From an uncultured bacterium (GTDB taxonomy: Bacteria; Verrucomicrobiota; Verrucomicrobiia; Limisphaerales; UBA8199), in contig CAVVMW010000021.1 in the NCBI GenBank assembly GCA_963749495.1, positions 320,001 to 384,000 on the forward strand: a DNA stretch of 64,000 nt. Direction: 5' to 3'. This document shows positions 41,133 to 51,711 of this stretch, one piece after another. The translations under genes and the position numbers were made by a program. The notes below the pieces were generated by a model. The model made no database searches. It saw only the letters and a list, made by a program, of their open reading frames with translations, and was not told where the DNA came from. Position 1 is the stretch's first letter. Each line of letters starts with the position of its first letter.

Positions 41133-42569
41133 TCAAACCCCTCCACTCATTTCAATGGCGCGGCGGCGGTAGAGGAAGTCGAAGAGATTGCCCTCGTGGG
41201 GTTGGTCCCAGGAGACCTGGACGGTTGGGATGGGGCCAAGGTTCAACCGCTGGATGAGGGGCGATTCCAGGAGCGCCTGGCCCAATGCCGGGTCGCGAGT
41301 GATGGCAGTGACGGCAAGGGAGGGCCCGATGTGCTCGAGCATTTTCGCCTGGGGCACTTCGACGACGCTGGCATAGGGAAACAGGAATTCGCGGTTGGCC
41401 AGCGGATGGGCAAACGAGTCGCAAAGAACAACGGTGGGGCGCAGGTAGAGACCGCCCTCGAAGCAGACTTTGCGCGGCCCGCCCCGGTGCGGGGCGGTGA
41501 CCTCGACCGCGCCGGGCGTCCGGAGACCTTCCTCGATCAGGGCATCGATATGGCCGGCCGTCGCAGCATTGGCAAAGGCGCAGAGTTGGGTGGTCTTGTC
41601 CGAGGCCGGGCGCGGCGCGATAGGCCCGAGCCTGCGGGCCAGGGCCTCGGCGATTTCAGCCGCGTGGCGGGGCACCACGACGGATGAGGCATTGGTGCAA
41701 CTGCGTCCGCCATTTTCAGCTATCGACGAGGCGATGAGTTCGATGAACTCGGGCCAACGCTCAACCTGATCGTCGCCGATGAGGACCTTGCTCAAGCCGG
41801 GGCCGTGGACCTGGATGGCGGGGTTGTTGGCGTAGGGGGCGGTGGCGGTGGTGTCGCCAAAGACCATGGCGCGACCGCAGCCGTGCAGGATCTCGGCCGC
41901 GCCCTGGCGGTCGGTGGGATAGAACCCGAACGCCGCGGCGGGACAACCCGCGGCCAGGAGGGCCTGGATGAGGCGGAAAGGGGTCCAGGGCTCGTTGCGG
42001 CCCGGTTTGATGAGGACCGGGATTTTGAGCGGGATAGCGGGGAGCCAGAGGGAATTGACGGCGGGAGAATTGCTGGGCATGACCAGCCCCAAACATCGCG
42101 CGGCGGGATAAAAGGCCAGTCGCGTGCCGTGCTGCTCCCCGGCGCCGCGGTCGAGAATGACGAGGTCGAGCCCTCGGGTCAGGCCATTGAGCACCCTGCG
42201 CATATTGGCCAGGGTCCAGGCCAGTTTCTCACTGTTCTTGCGCACCATGACCCACGGCAGGCCGCTGGTGGCCGATAGCGTCTCGACATAATCCTCGGGC
42301 GACTGCGTATGGCCCTGGTCCCCCAGGGGCAGGGTTTCATTCAGAAAGAGGGGAGCGGCTTTGCGGCAGATCTCGATGAGGCCTTCGCAGGAGAACTCTT
42401 TCAGGGCCGCGCGGCCCTCGCCCATCCTGGCGAGGTCTTTCCTGATGATCCCTGAGTTGACCTGGCTGATGCGCGCCAGGGTTTGACCGCTGTGGCAGTC
42501 TTTGACATCGGCCTGGTCGAGGCTGGCATAAGGTCTGCCGTGCCGCAATGCCGGGAGGTGGGGGAGCAT
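41133..42569 (-). CDS. Aldehyde dehydrogenase-fold acyl reductase (EhpG/GriD-like)
   Basis: MPSNSP, KPG, HGPG.SK, GRSC.NAS, E.LFP, PHEG; adjacent to the EhpF/GriC-like gene. Confidence 0.8.
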   Translation of the reverse strand: MLPHLPALRHGRPYASLDQADVKDCHSGQTLARISQVNSGIIRKDLARMGEGRAALKEFSCEGLIEICRKAAPLFLNETLPLGDQGHTQSPEDYVETLSATSGLPWVMVRKNSEKLAWTLANMRRVLNGLTRGLDLVILDRGAGEQHGTRLAFYPAARCLGLVMPSNSPAVNSLWLPAIPLKIPVLIKPGRNEPWTPFRLIQALLAAGCPAAAFGFYPTDRQGAAEILHGCGRAMVFGDTTATAPYANNPAIQVHGPGLSKVLIGDDQVERWPEFIELIASSIAENGGRSCTNASSVVVPRHAAEIAEALARRLGPIAPRPASDKTTQLCAFANAATAGHIDALIEEGLRTPGAVEVTAPHRGGPRKVCFEGGLYLRPTVVLCDSFAHPLANREFLFPYASVVEVPQAKMLEHIGPSLAVTAITRDPALGQALLESPLIQRLNLGPIPTVQVSWDQPHEGNLFDFLYRRRAIEMSGGV

Positions 42570-42654
42570 GGGTTATTGAATCCGACGCGTCTGACGCGTC
42601 TGACAGGTCCGACTCATCTCAGATGTCAGATTCAGGATTTTCAAAGAGACCCAG

Positions 42655-43732
42655 CTAATAAACCCCCTCTACGATCGTCTTCTCCATGGCGCCAAACGGA
42701 CGGAACGTCGCCCACGCCGTCCCAGGCATAGGGAGGGCGGGGTCTGCGGCGGATGGCCTCGTCCCGTTCCAGGAAGCGCGGGAGAAACAGTTCCTTGGTG
42801 AGCGTGGTCAACTCGACACGGCCCCACTGGCCGTAGTCGGCCAGCAAATCGGTTTGGGCCGGGTTGACGACCCGCAGGACGGCGCGGGGTTGCGGGGCGT
42901 AATAGGTGAGCGAGAAGTTGTCCTCGGGCCGGAGTGGGACGCTGGCCGCCAGACCCATGAGCGTGTTGCCATAGGTCGGATAAAAGCCGATGCCCTCGCC
43001 GAGGACCTCCTCGATGAGGAACCGGACGTGCTGAGGCGTCATGCTTGTGCCGCCGCAGAAGACGCCGCGGATGCCGGCCTGGCGCAGGTCCAATTGTTCG
43101 CCGATGGCCTCGAGCAATTTGGGCGTGGTGAAGAGGCCGGCGATCTTGCGGTGCTTGAGGAGCACGACGGCCTGGGCGACGACGTGGTCCATGTAGGCGC
43201 GGGCCTGGTCGGGCTGTTTTTGGGCGATGAGCTTTTTGACCCAGCGCGGGTCCAGGTCCAGGAAGTAGCAGGGGCTGCCGCGGAAGTTGGCCAAGTGCTC
43301 GATGGCCAGGCGGAGGCGGCGCGGGCCAGTGGGGCCGGCCATCAACCAGGCGGCGCCGCGCGGGAAGTGCTCGTCGGAGAGCTTCCCTGAAAAGTCTTCG
43401 TAATCGATCTTGTAATCGTCCCAGCCGATGCGCTGTTTGGGCAGGCCGGTGGTGCCGCCGGTTTCGAAGATGTGGTAGGGACGGTCCTTGAATCCGGCAG
43501 GGACCCAGGATTGCGGCGGGAGATCGCGCAGCCATTCTTCCTTGAAATGGGGGAACCGGGCAAGGAGATCGGGGAAGGTCTTGACCTGCGCCCGCGGGTC
43601 CAAGCCGGCCTGGGCTGCCCAGTCCAGCCAGAAGGGGCAGCCGGTCTCGGGGGAGAAATGCCAGCGGATGATCTCGCGCAGGTGCCAGTCGAGCGCCTCC
43701 TGGGCCGCTTCCCCGGTGATGGGTGGGTGCAT
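42655..43732 (-). CDS. EhpF/GriC-like aryl-carboxylate adenylating protein; frameshift near 42705
   Basis: WHFSPETGCPFWL, ETGGTTG.PK, PTGP, DLDPRWVK, TTP, ERD.A.R; shifted frame ends ...KTIVEGVY*, as recalled for EhpF. Confidence 0.8.
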
Positions 43733-43740
43733 ACTTGGAT

Positions 43741-45360
43741 TCAGGCCGCGCCGGCGGGCTGGTTGAGCGCCGCCATCGAGCTTCGGTCCACTTCGCTCTC
43801 GGTTCTTGGAAAGTACTTTTCGAGGGTCGCGCGGCTGGGGGGCCGGGTGAGGAGCGAGCCAAGGACCGTGCAGAGAGCGGAGCCCAGGACCATCGGGACG
43901 ACGGTCATGTATCCGTTCCAACAACTGACATCGCCGCGCGCGTTGATGAAGAGGAGCTTGAGGGCGGTCGTGCCTTGGCCGATTTGCCAAATCACGTCGC
44001 CCGGGTGACGGAAGTTTTGGAGCAGGGCAAAATAGATAAGGCAGGCGGCGGTGAAGAGCGTGGCGGCCAGGGCGCCCCACTTGGTGCTGCGCTTCCAGAA
44101 TAAGGCGGCGATCATGATCGGCGCCATCGCGGCAAAGCCCGAGAAGGCATAACGGATGGCGATTTCAAAGATGCCCTGCTTGGCCTTGAGGCCCAGCGCA
44201 ACCAGGTAGGCCACGACGGTGATGAGGAGGATGAAAGCGCGGGCGAAATGGACGGCGGCCCGTTCGCCGTATTTTTCGCGGCCCCCGTAGTGCTGGTAGA
44301 TGTCCTTGGTGAACATTGTGCTGAGGGCCAGGACCTGGTGGGCGTCCGAGCCCATGACCGCCGAGATGATGCCGGCGCCGAGCAACCCAGCCAGCCACGC
44401 GGGGGCGTATTTGTCGAGCATCAGCAGCAGGATGCCGTCGGGGTCGGAAACCTTGCCCAGGGCAGCCATGCCCAGGACGCCGAGCAGGACGCAGGGCAGC
44501 CAGATCAGGAGGATTGCCAGCGGATACAAGACCACCGTGCGCTTGAAGGCGGTCACTTTGCGGGCGGAGAAGCACATGATGGCCATGTGGGGAAACATGA
44601 TGCTGGAGAGGGGGATGAGGGTGTAGCTCCAGAAGACTTGAGGCGGCATCTTCTCGCGCGTGACCAGGAAACTGGTCTTAGGATCGCCGGCCAGCTTGGC
44701 GATGTACTGGCCGAACCCGCCGGGCAGGGCCTGGTAGAGGGTCAGCAGGGCAGCCGCGCCGAAACCCAGAAAGAGAGTGGTCTGGAGGATATTCACCCAG
44801 ACCGTCCCGCGCATGCCCCCCAGGAACACCCCCATCGTGACGGCCACGGCCACAATCGCGCAGCCCAGCCAGTAAGGGATGTGCGCCCCGCCCGCCCCGC
44901 CCCCGGCCGAGATCTGCGCCAGGACCGTCCCGCCTCCCATGATGCTGATGATCATGTAAGGCACCAGCATCAGGGCGCTCAAGGTGAAGATGATCGTCCC
45001 GATCCCATCGCACTCCCACCGGTCCCGAAAAAAGGCCACCTGCGTCTGGTGCCCGAATCTCTTGCCCAAGGCCCAAAGCCGCGTGCCGATGAGGAAAATC
45101 GTCAGCGGGATGACCAGGCCCGACGACGACGCCATCAGGCCATAGATGCCGATCCCCTGGCGATAGGCCTGGCCCGAGCTGCCCAGTATGGCGAAGGCGG
45201 TCATGTTCGTCGCGAATAGCGAGAGGAAAAACACCATCTCGCCCACCGAACGATTGGCCAGGAAGAAGTCCTCGGTGTTGGTCTTGCCGCGGCGGAAGGC
45301 GATGCCGCCGACAAATGCAATGATGGCCAGATAGCAGAGAACGACGAGGAGGGGAGTCAT
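43741..45360 (-). CDS. Sodium:solute symporter family protein
   Basis: FFLANRS, GGMRG, about 13 TM segments. Confidence 0.92.
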   Translation of the reverse strand: MTPLLVVLCYLAIIAFVGGIAFRRGKTNTEDFFLANRSVGEMVFFLSLFATNMTAFAILGSSGQAYRQGIGIYGLMASSSGLVIPLTIFLIGTRLWALGKRFGHQTQVAFFRDRWECDGIGTIIFTLSALMLVPYMIISIMGGGTVLAQISAGGGAGGAHIPYWLGCAIVAVAVTMGVFLGGMRGTVWVNILQTTLFLGFGAAALLTLYQALPGGFGQYIAKLAGDPKTSFLVTREKMPPQVFWSYTLIPLSSIMFPHMAIMCFSARKVTAFKRTVVLYPLAILLIWLPCVLLGVLGMAALGKVSDPDGILLLMLDKYAPAWLAGLLGAGIISAVMGSDAHQVLALSTMFTKDIYQHYGGREKYGERAAVHFARAFILLITVVAYLVALGLKAKQGIFEIAIRYAFSGFAAMAPIMIAALFWKRSTKWGALAATLFTAACLIYFALLQNFRHPGDVIWQIGQGTTALKLLFINARGDVSCWNGYMTVVPMVLGSALCTVLGSLLTRPPSRATLEKYFPRTESEVDRSSMAALNQPAGAA

Positions 45361-45500
45361 TTAACGTGATTGAGGGAGGAAGTGAGACCGCGGTTCAAAA
45401 GTACCCCACGTGAGGGGCGAGGAACGAGGGACGAGTGTAGCGAACCTCGAAGATGTTGACATCGTGCATGGGAACCACGAACCGGACGCGCCTCGCTTGC

Positions 45501-45586
45501 CGCGAAGCGTTTTGGACTGCGGCAGTCCTCTGCCGCTTTGTCCCTCCCATGGGCTGAAAAAGCGCCAGAGGACTGGCGCAGTCCAA
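45501..45586. repeat. REP-like doublet family D, copy 1
   Basis: TTGGACTGCGGCAGTCCTCTGCCGCTTT / AAAGCGCCAGAGGACTGGCGCAGTCCAA. Confidence 0.8.
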
Positions 45587-45671
45587 CACCTCCGGGCTTG
45601 GCGCGGGTACATGGAACGAGCATCGGGCCGCCTCCCTCGACACTCGACATTCGACACTCGGCGCGCATGGT

Positions 45672-45908
45672 TCAGTGTGGTTGCACTTCCCGGCCTTGGA
45701 CCCCCTCGAGGTGCTTTGGCCAGGCCAGCTTGACCAGGAGGAACATGGTGAAGGCGGCGAGGATCGAATAGGCCGCGTGGTAGGCGAGACCGACAGGCAG
45801 GAAACCGAAGATGAGCGGCGTGGCGCACTTCCAGTTCCAGAAGTCCTGGTGGAGCAAGTAAACCGCGATGACCAGCACGGTGAGAAGAACGGGTCTTAGG
45901 AATTTCAT
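45672..45908 (-). CDS. DUF3311-like small membrane partner of SSS transporter
   Basis: LHQDFW.W...FGFLP.GL.YH; two TM segments; directly upstream of SSS. Confidence 0.8.
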   Translation of the reverse strand: MKFLRPVLLTVLVIAVYLLHQDFWNWKCATPLIFGFLPVGLAYHAAYSILAAFTMFLLVKLAWPKHLEGVQGREVQPH

Positions 45909-45939
45909 CGTGACATTTCTATTTTATTACCCATCTCCT

Positions 45940-47685
45940 CTATTGCACATTTGTGTGCTGTCCGGCCGCAGCGATTCTTGGCTGGCCCGCTGCGAAGGCA
46001 AACAGGTGGGTGTTGGAAGAGACGTAGAGGACACCGTTGGCGACGACGGGGGTGGAATAGACCGGGGCGCCCAGGTTGGTCAGGCTCAGGAGCTTTTTCT
46101 CCTTGCTGGCCGCGAACACGGCCAGGTCGCCGTCTTCATCGCCGATATAGACCTTGCCGTCGGCCACCAGAGTTGAGCCCCAGATGTGGGCCTTGAGGTC
46201 GTGGGTCCAGTAGGGTTTGCCCGTCTGCGCGTCCAGGCAATGCAGGTAGCCGGAGAAGTCGCCGACAAAGAGCAGTCCTTCGGGCGTGATGGAGACCGTC
46301 GAGAGGCTGCGGGCGATCTTGTCGTAGGACCAGACCTTGGCCGTTTGGGTGACATCCCCGGTCTGCGTGGCATCGATGCAGGTGAGGATGCCGACGCCCT
46401 CCCCGTGCTCGGGGTCCTGGCCCACGGCCGTATAGACCCGGTCCTTCCAGAAGACGGGCGTCGCGTTGATTTCGCTGGGGCCTTTGGCGTCCGGGTACTT
46501 GTACTTCTTGCGTTCGGGTGGATTGCAATCGAACCACCAGACCTTCTTGAGGAAACTGCTGTCGCCCTCCTTGACAGGCATCGGGTCAAAGGCGTAGCAG
46601 ACGCCGTTGCCGCCGCCGTAGAAGATGAGTTGGCGCCCCTTGACGTTGCCGGTCGAAGGAGAACTCCAGAGGCCATGGAAGATGCGCGGGCCGATGTGGG
46701 CGTCGTCCTCGCCCGCGAATTGGCCGGTGTGCTTGTTCAGAGCAATGAGGCTGGGAGCGTTGGGCGAAGGGATGTTCGAGTGGGTCCAGTCCTGGCCGTT
46801 GGAGGTGTTGACGTAGAGCAAGTCGCCGACGATGAGCGGGGCGCCATCCGAGGCATTGTGGGGGAACACGCCCAGTTCATCGATCATGTCGTAGCGCCAG
46901 ATGATGTCCGCGTCCTTGGGTCCGGGTTCAATGGGCGGGGCAGGGCGCTCGGTGGGCTTACCCTTGTCGAGAATGACATCTTTGACGACGTACTTGGCTT
47001 CGTCCAGGAACGGGCCGTCGTTGCCGTTGGCCATGCCCAGCACGTCCAGGCAAAGGACCTCGCAACGGCTCGTGACCAAATAGACGCGCTCGCCCTCGAT
47101 CGTCGGCGAGGAGAGCAGACCCAGAGACTCCCAGTCGTTGACCTTGCCGGAGGCGAGTTTGGGCACGACCAGTTGCCAGAGGAACTCGCCGGTCTTCTCA
47201 TCGAAACACATCAGGATGCTGCGGTCGCCCGGGTGCCGCGCGTCGCGCGGGTTTTCGTTGTTGGTGCCGATGAACACCCGGCCATGGGCCACGGTCACGT
47301 TGCCATAGCTCTGTGAGCCGATCTTCACAGCCCACCGCAGATTCTCCAGGTTCCCAGGGTCCACCTCCTCGGTGCCGGTCTTGAACTTGATTTCGCTCGG
47401 GTGTCCCCGGGTGAAATGGTCAGGCAGACCCGTGACGGAGGCGACCATGTTGCGCGCGGGCGTTCCGCCCCATTGGGGCCAGTCCTGGGCGGACGCGGTC
47501 AGGACGGCCAGGAGCGCGAGGGCAGCCGGTGCGAGTCGCCTACCGACGCCGTGAAGGACACGTCGCGTAGCGACGCCGTGAAGGTAGCCGTGGACTTCGA
47601 GTCCACGGTCCACGGCGTTGGAAACGTCCTGCGTCGCGTAGCGACGCCTGAGTTGGGTCAATTCAGAACGTGACATTTTCATCAC
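45940..47685 (-). CDS. PQQ-binding-like beta-propeller protein
   Basis: DWPQWGG..RN, repeated D..TG..LW, SSP, STP.V. Confidence 0.88.
   Translation of the reverse strand: MMKMSRSELTQLRRRYATQDVSNAVDRGLEVHGYLHGVATRRVLHGVGRRLAPAALALLAVLTASAQDWPQWGGTPARNMVASVTGLPDHFTRGHPSEIKFKTGTEEVDPGNLENLRWAVKIGSQSYGNVTVAHGRVFIGTNNENPRDARHPGDRSILMCFDEKTGEFLWQLVVPKLASGKVNDWESLGLLSSPTIEGERVYLVTSRCEVLCLDVLGMANGNDGPFLDEAKYVVKDVILDKGKPTERPAPPIEPGPKDADIIWRYDMIDELGVFPHNASDGAPLIVGDLLYVNTSNGQDWTHSNIPSPNAPSLIALNKHTGQFAGEDDAHIGPRIFHGLWSSPSTGNVKGRQLIFYGGGNGVCYAFDPMPVKEGDSSFLKKVWWFDCNPPERKKYKYPDAKGPSEINATPVFWKDRVYTAVGQDPEHGEGVGILTCIDATQTGDVTQTAKVWSYDKIARSLSTVSITPEGLLFVGDFSGYLHCLDAQTGKPYWTHDLKAHIWGSTLVADGKVYIGDEDGDLAVFAASKEKKLLSLTNLGAPVYSTPVVANGVLYVSSNTHLFAFAAGQPRIAAAGQHTNVQ
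47536..47651. repeat. REP-like element within the propeller N-terminal coding region
   Basis: GTCGCGTAGCGAC hairpins flanking a CCGTGGACTTCGAGTCCACGG palindrome. Confidence 0.7.
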
Positions 47686-50269
47686 AGGCCCGCTCGGCGG
47701 TTCAACGGCATTGGCAATTCCTCTCCATTTGGGATGACCTCCACATTATCGACATAGACTCGCATGTCCTGGGGCGAGAAAGCGAAGAGGCCCGGCGAGC
47801 CGGCCTGGTGGCCGGTCTGGTGCGGCACCTCGATGGTCCAGCCGGAGGGTTCGGGCTGGTTGCGTTTCCAGGCCTTGGCACGCACCCAGGCAACGCCGCC
47901 CGCATCGCGGTCCACTCGGGCCTTGAGGCGGTACCAGGTGTTGGGCGACCACTTGAAATCCTGGGCCACGCGGAGGCGCTCCTGGTTCGAGTTGATTTCA
48001 AGCTTCTGTTCGTTGCCTTTGAGGACGATCAGGTAATGCTCGTTGATGATGCCGACCTCCGACATCTTGCGCCGGTTGCCTTCGCTCATGACGTCGGCCT
48101 GGATCGTGTATTGATTCATATCGGGCGTGCCGATGAAGACCATGGCGCGCTGGAAGAAGCGGTTGTCTGTGGTCTTGGCCAGGACCTTGTTGCCGTCCAG
48201 TTCCCGCACGTCGAATTTGAACCGCGCGCCGATCCAGGGCAGCGGCGGGTAAGCGAACGGTGTGCCCTGGGCGTTGGTCTCCGAGAGTGTGAATGACTCG
48301 AAGTCCTGGCGGGTCGGGAGGTTGGGCATGATGCGGCCGCGCATGTAGCCTTTGAGAGCGCCAACGCTTGCCTCGAAAGCGCCGGCGGAGGGGACCGGGT
48401 CGGGGGTGGCGACCAACTCGGCCTGGTCGTCGAAGGCGGCCTTGAGGGCGGCCTTGACCTTGGCGGTCGAGGGGATGTAGCCGGCCCATTTGACCTGGCT
48501 GGCGGGGACCGACTCTTGAACGGTAAACCCGTTTGCGTCGAGCAGGCGGACGCGGAAGGCGGCCCGCTCGCGGGGATGGAGGAGCACCTCGGAAGGGACG
48601 ACCCCCACCTGTGTGGCGGGGCCCGGCGCGGGCCAGGCTTCCTCTGCGGCGGGGGCGGGGCAGCCCGGGTTCTCTCCGCGCTCGCCCCAGCAATAGAGAT
48701 GCCTTGTGGTCTGGAGATAGAGCCTGCCGTTGTAGGCAACCGGCGTGCCAAAACAACGGCCGTCGAGCACCGCATGGCAGACAACCTGGCCTTCATGTTC
48801 GCCGGGCTTGATGATGTAAAACGCGCCGGCTGTGCCCGCCTCGGCCTCGCCCGTCGCCTTGTTCTCCTGGTCGTCCAGGATCGGCACGTAGAGCTTGCCA
48901 TCGGCATACAACGGGCAGGAATTGCGTTGCTCGATGCCCAGCTTGAGCTTCCATCGCACGGCCCCGCTCGTGGCGTTGACGGCCCAGAGATCGCCCTTCT
49001 CGGCCACCAGGTAAATCGTGTCGCCCACCAGGATCGGCGAAGCGGCGGAGGAGGAGGCCTCGACGGCCCAGAGCTGGAGCTGCGCGCGTTCGAAAACCGC
49101 CGGACCCGGGGCCGCGCTCGGAGGCAGCGTCTGCGGCAGCTTGAGCGCGACCATCTGGCCCAGCTCATAGGGTGTGCCGTAAATGGCGATGACCTTGTCG
49201 TCATTATGGACCAGGACGGTGGCGTTGATGCCGGCGCGGAAAAGGCTCACGCGCCACAGCGGTTCGCCAGTGCGGGCATTGACGCAGGCAACGCTGCCGT
49301 CACCCAGGGCCGCATAGAAGACGCGCTTGCCCTGATACCAGCCGAACTGGGGATGAGAGAACGAATTGTCCTTGGGAGGGCCCCAGGGCTGGAGGCCCAA
49401 ACCAGGCCGCCGGTCCGCTTGTCGAAGGCGTAAAAGCGGTCGGCAGCCGGTCCCTGCGTGCCCCAATTGGCCGTGATACCCCGCGTGATGACCAGGTCGC
49501 CGTTGATCGCCGGCGTGGCCGTGCGGCCGTTGGGGAAGGTAAGCCGGCCGAATTCCTCCATAAGCGAGTGCTGCCAGAGCCGGTTGCCGTCCGGGGTGAA
49601 CCCCGCGAGAATTCCCTGCGTGCCCTGCATGTACACGGCGCCGGTCTCGGGGTCGATCACCGGGCTGCCCGTTGCATACCGTAGGTAGATCGTATCGCTC
49701 AGGTAATCATTGTAGAGTTGCTCCCAAAGCTTCTGCCCGGTCTCGGCATCGAAACAGGTCACCCCCTCCCGCAGGTCGCGTCCCTGGCCCGAGTAACCCA
49801 TGGCGTAGAGCCTGCCGTTGGCCAGCACCGGCGCAGACTGGCCCGGGTAGTCCGCCACCCACAGCGGCTCCTGGGCCGAGACCTTGTCGGGCAACCCCGT
49901 CTCACGAGAAACGCCCGTCTGTTCCGGGCCGCGCCAGCTCAACCAGCCGCGCAAGGCCTGGCCGCCCGCCGCGGGAAAAGCGCAGACCAGCACGGCGGCC
50001 AGGACGCCGGAGGCCAGAGGGCGGAGGGCGGAGGGCGGAGGGCAGAGGGCGGAGGACGGAGGACGGAAGGCGGAGGACGGAGCGAGCGGAGCGGGGGAAT
50101 GGCCCTTACCATAGAACTCCCGTGGCGAGGCGGCGTTCTTGCGGAAAAGCGCCAGAGGCCTGGCGCACTCCAAGACGCTGGCGCGACTTCGGCTGCGCGT
50201 CCCCATTTCGCGAAGCGTTTTGGACTGCGGCAGTCCTCTGCCGCTTTCGCCTGGGAACTGCCTTTTCAT
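47682..50269 (-). CDS. Large PQQ-binding-like beta-propeller protein with C-terminal beta-sandwich; frameshift near 49380
   Basis: WLSWRGP..G.S.E, repeated D..TG..LW; two frames join. Confidence 0.85.
50018..50247. repeat. Heptamer array (GGCGGAG)n plus REP family D copy 2
   Basis: Same heptamer family as in hom; doublet at 50146-50247 matches 45501-45586. Confidence 0.8.
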
Positions 50270-50361
50270 TCCGAACATAATTCCGTTGTGCATTCCACAT
50301 CCGAGAAAAAACCGAGCGAAGGAACTTCGATGATGTTTTGTGATTTTGCAAATGAAGATTG

Positions 50362-51711
50362 CTAATCGGTAATCCGCACCCACCGCTGGGCCTTCATCTC
50401 GAAGCGCGGCAACGAGTTCGCCGGGACCAGGCGGACAGGGATGCGGAGGCTCAGGGCGGATTGAAAGGAGTCTTCGAGACGGCTGGCGAGCGAGGGCACG
50501 AGAGAATCGGGGATGGCCTCGACTTCGAGCGAGAGTTGGGCCATGGCGCGGCGGCAGTCGAGTCGGACTCGGTATTCGGCCACTTCCGGGCAGGCGCGAA
50601 CGACCTCTTCGATGAGGGCCGGATAGACGTTGACGCCGCGGACGACGACCATGTCGTCGCTGCGGCCGAGGATGCCGCCTACGAGGGCCAGTTCATGGCG
50701 GCCGCAGGCGCAAGGGCACTGGGTGCCGGGCCTGACGAGGTCGCCGGTGCGGTAGCGCAGGAGCGGGGAGCCAACGCGGTCCAGGGTGGTCAGGACCAGT
50801 TCGCCGGTCTGGCCTGGAGGCGAGGCAAGGCCGGTGCCGGGAGCGATGACCTCGGGCAGGTAAGCCGATTCCAGGACGTGCAGCACCCCGGGCCGGGCCG
50901 GGCATTGAAAAGTGACCGGGCCGACCTCGGTCATGCCATGGTGATCGAAGACGGTGGCGCCCGGCCAGAGCCGCTCGATGCGGGCGCGAGTGGCGGGGAT
51001 GCTGCCGCCGGCCTCGCCCGCCACGATGACCAGGCGGAGGCGCGAGGCGGCCAGGTCGAGGTTCTTGTCGCGCGCGACCTCGCCCAGGTGCTGGGCATAG
51101 GTGGGCGTGCAGCAGAGCACGGTGATGCCGTTGTCCAGAATGGCTTGCAGGCGGGCCAGGCTGGTCATCGAGCCCCCCGGAAAACAGAAGCAACCGAGCT
51201 GGAGGACCGCCTCCAGCGCCGACCAGAATCCAAGGAACGGTCCGAACGAGAAGGCGAAGAAAAAGCGGTCCTGGCGCGTCACCCCGGCGGCGGCGAGGAT
51301 TTGGAGCCAGTTTTCGACCAGGTGCTGCCAGCTCTGGGCGGTATCGAGCCAGCGGATCGGGACGGTGGTCGTGCCGCTGGTCTGGTGGCAGCGCACGTAG
51401 GCCTCCAGGGGGAAGGTGAGATCGGTCCCGTAAGGCGGATGGGCCAGGCGGTCGCGAACAATCTCATGACGCGAGGTAAAGGGGACCAGGCGGGGATACT
51501 CTTCCAGGCAAATCGCGGGCAGGCGCAAGGCCGACGGAGCCAGCTTGCGGGCATAGAACGGGTTCGATGCCAGGATGGTCTGGAGCAGGCAACGGAGCTT
51601 GCCCAGTTGGCGGCCTTCGATTTCCCCGCGTGAGGGAAAGGCGCCGCGCCGCAGCGGGACGGCGCCAGCCGGCAAATCGGGCGGTTCGGCTGCGAGCGGA
51701 TATCCGATCAC
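50362..51711 (-). CDS. Phenylacetate-CoA ligase family protein (PaaK-like)
   Basis: TSGTT, TPTYA, GE.G, GMTEVG, RYRTGD, GR.DDM..VRGVNVYP; GTG start overlaps the upstream stop. Confidence 0.9.
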   Translation of the reverse strand: MIGYPLAAEPPDLPAGAVPLRRGAFPSRGEIEGRQLGKLRCLLQTILASNPFYARKLAPSALRLPAICLEEYPRLVPFTSRHEIVRDRLAHPPYGTDLTFPLEAYVRCHQTSGTTTVPIRWLDTAQSWQHLVENWLQILAAAGVTRQDRFFFAFSFGPFLGFWSALEAVLQLGCFCFPGGSMTSLARLQAILDNGITVLCCTPTYAQHLGEVARDKNLDLAASRLRLVIVAGEAGGSIPATRARIERLWPGATVFDHHGMTEVGPVTFQCPARPGVLHVLESAYLPEVIAPGTGLASPPGQTGELVLTTLDRVGSPLLRYRTGDLVRPGTQCPCACGRHELALVGGILGRSDDMVVVRGVNVYPALIEEVVRACPEVAEYRVRLDCRRAMAQLSLEVEAIPDSLVPSLASRLEDSFQSALSLRIPVRLVPANSLPRFEMKAQRWVRITD

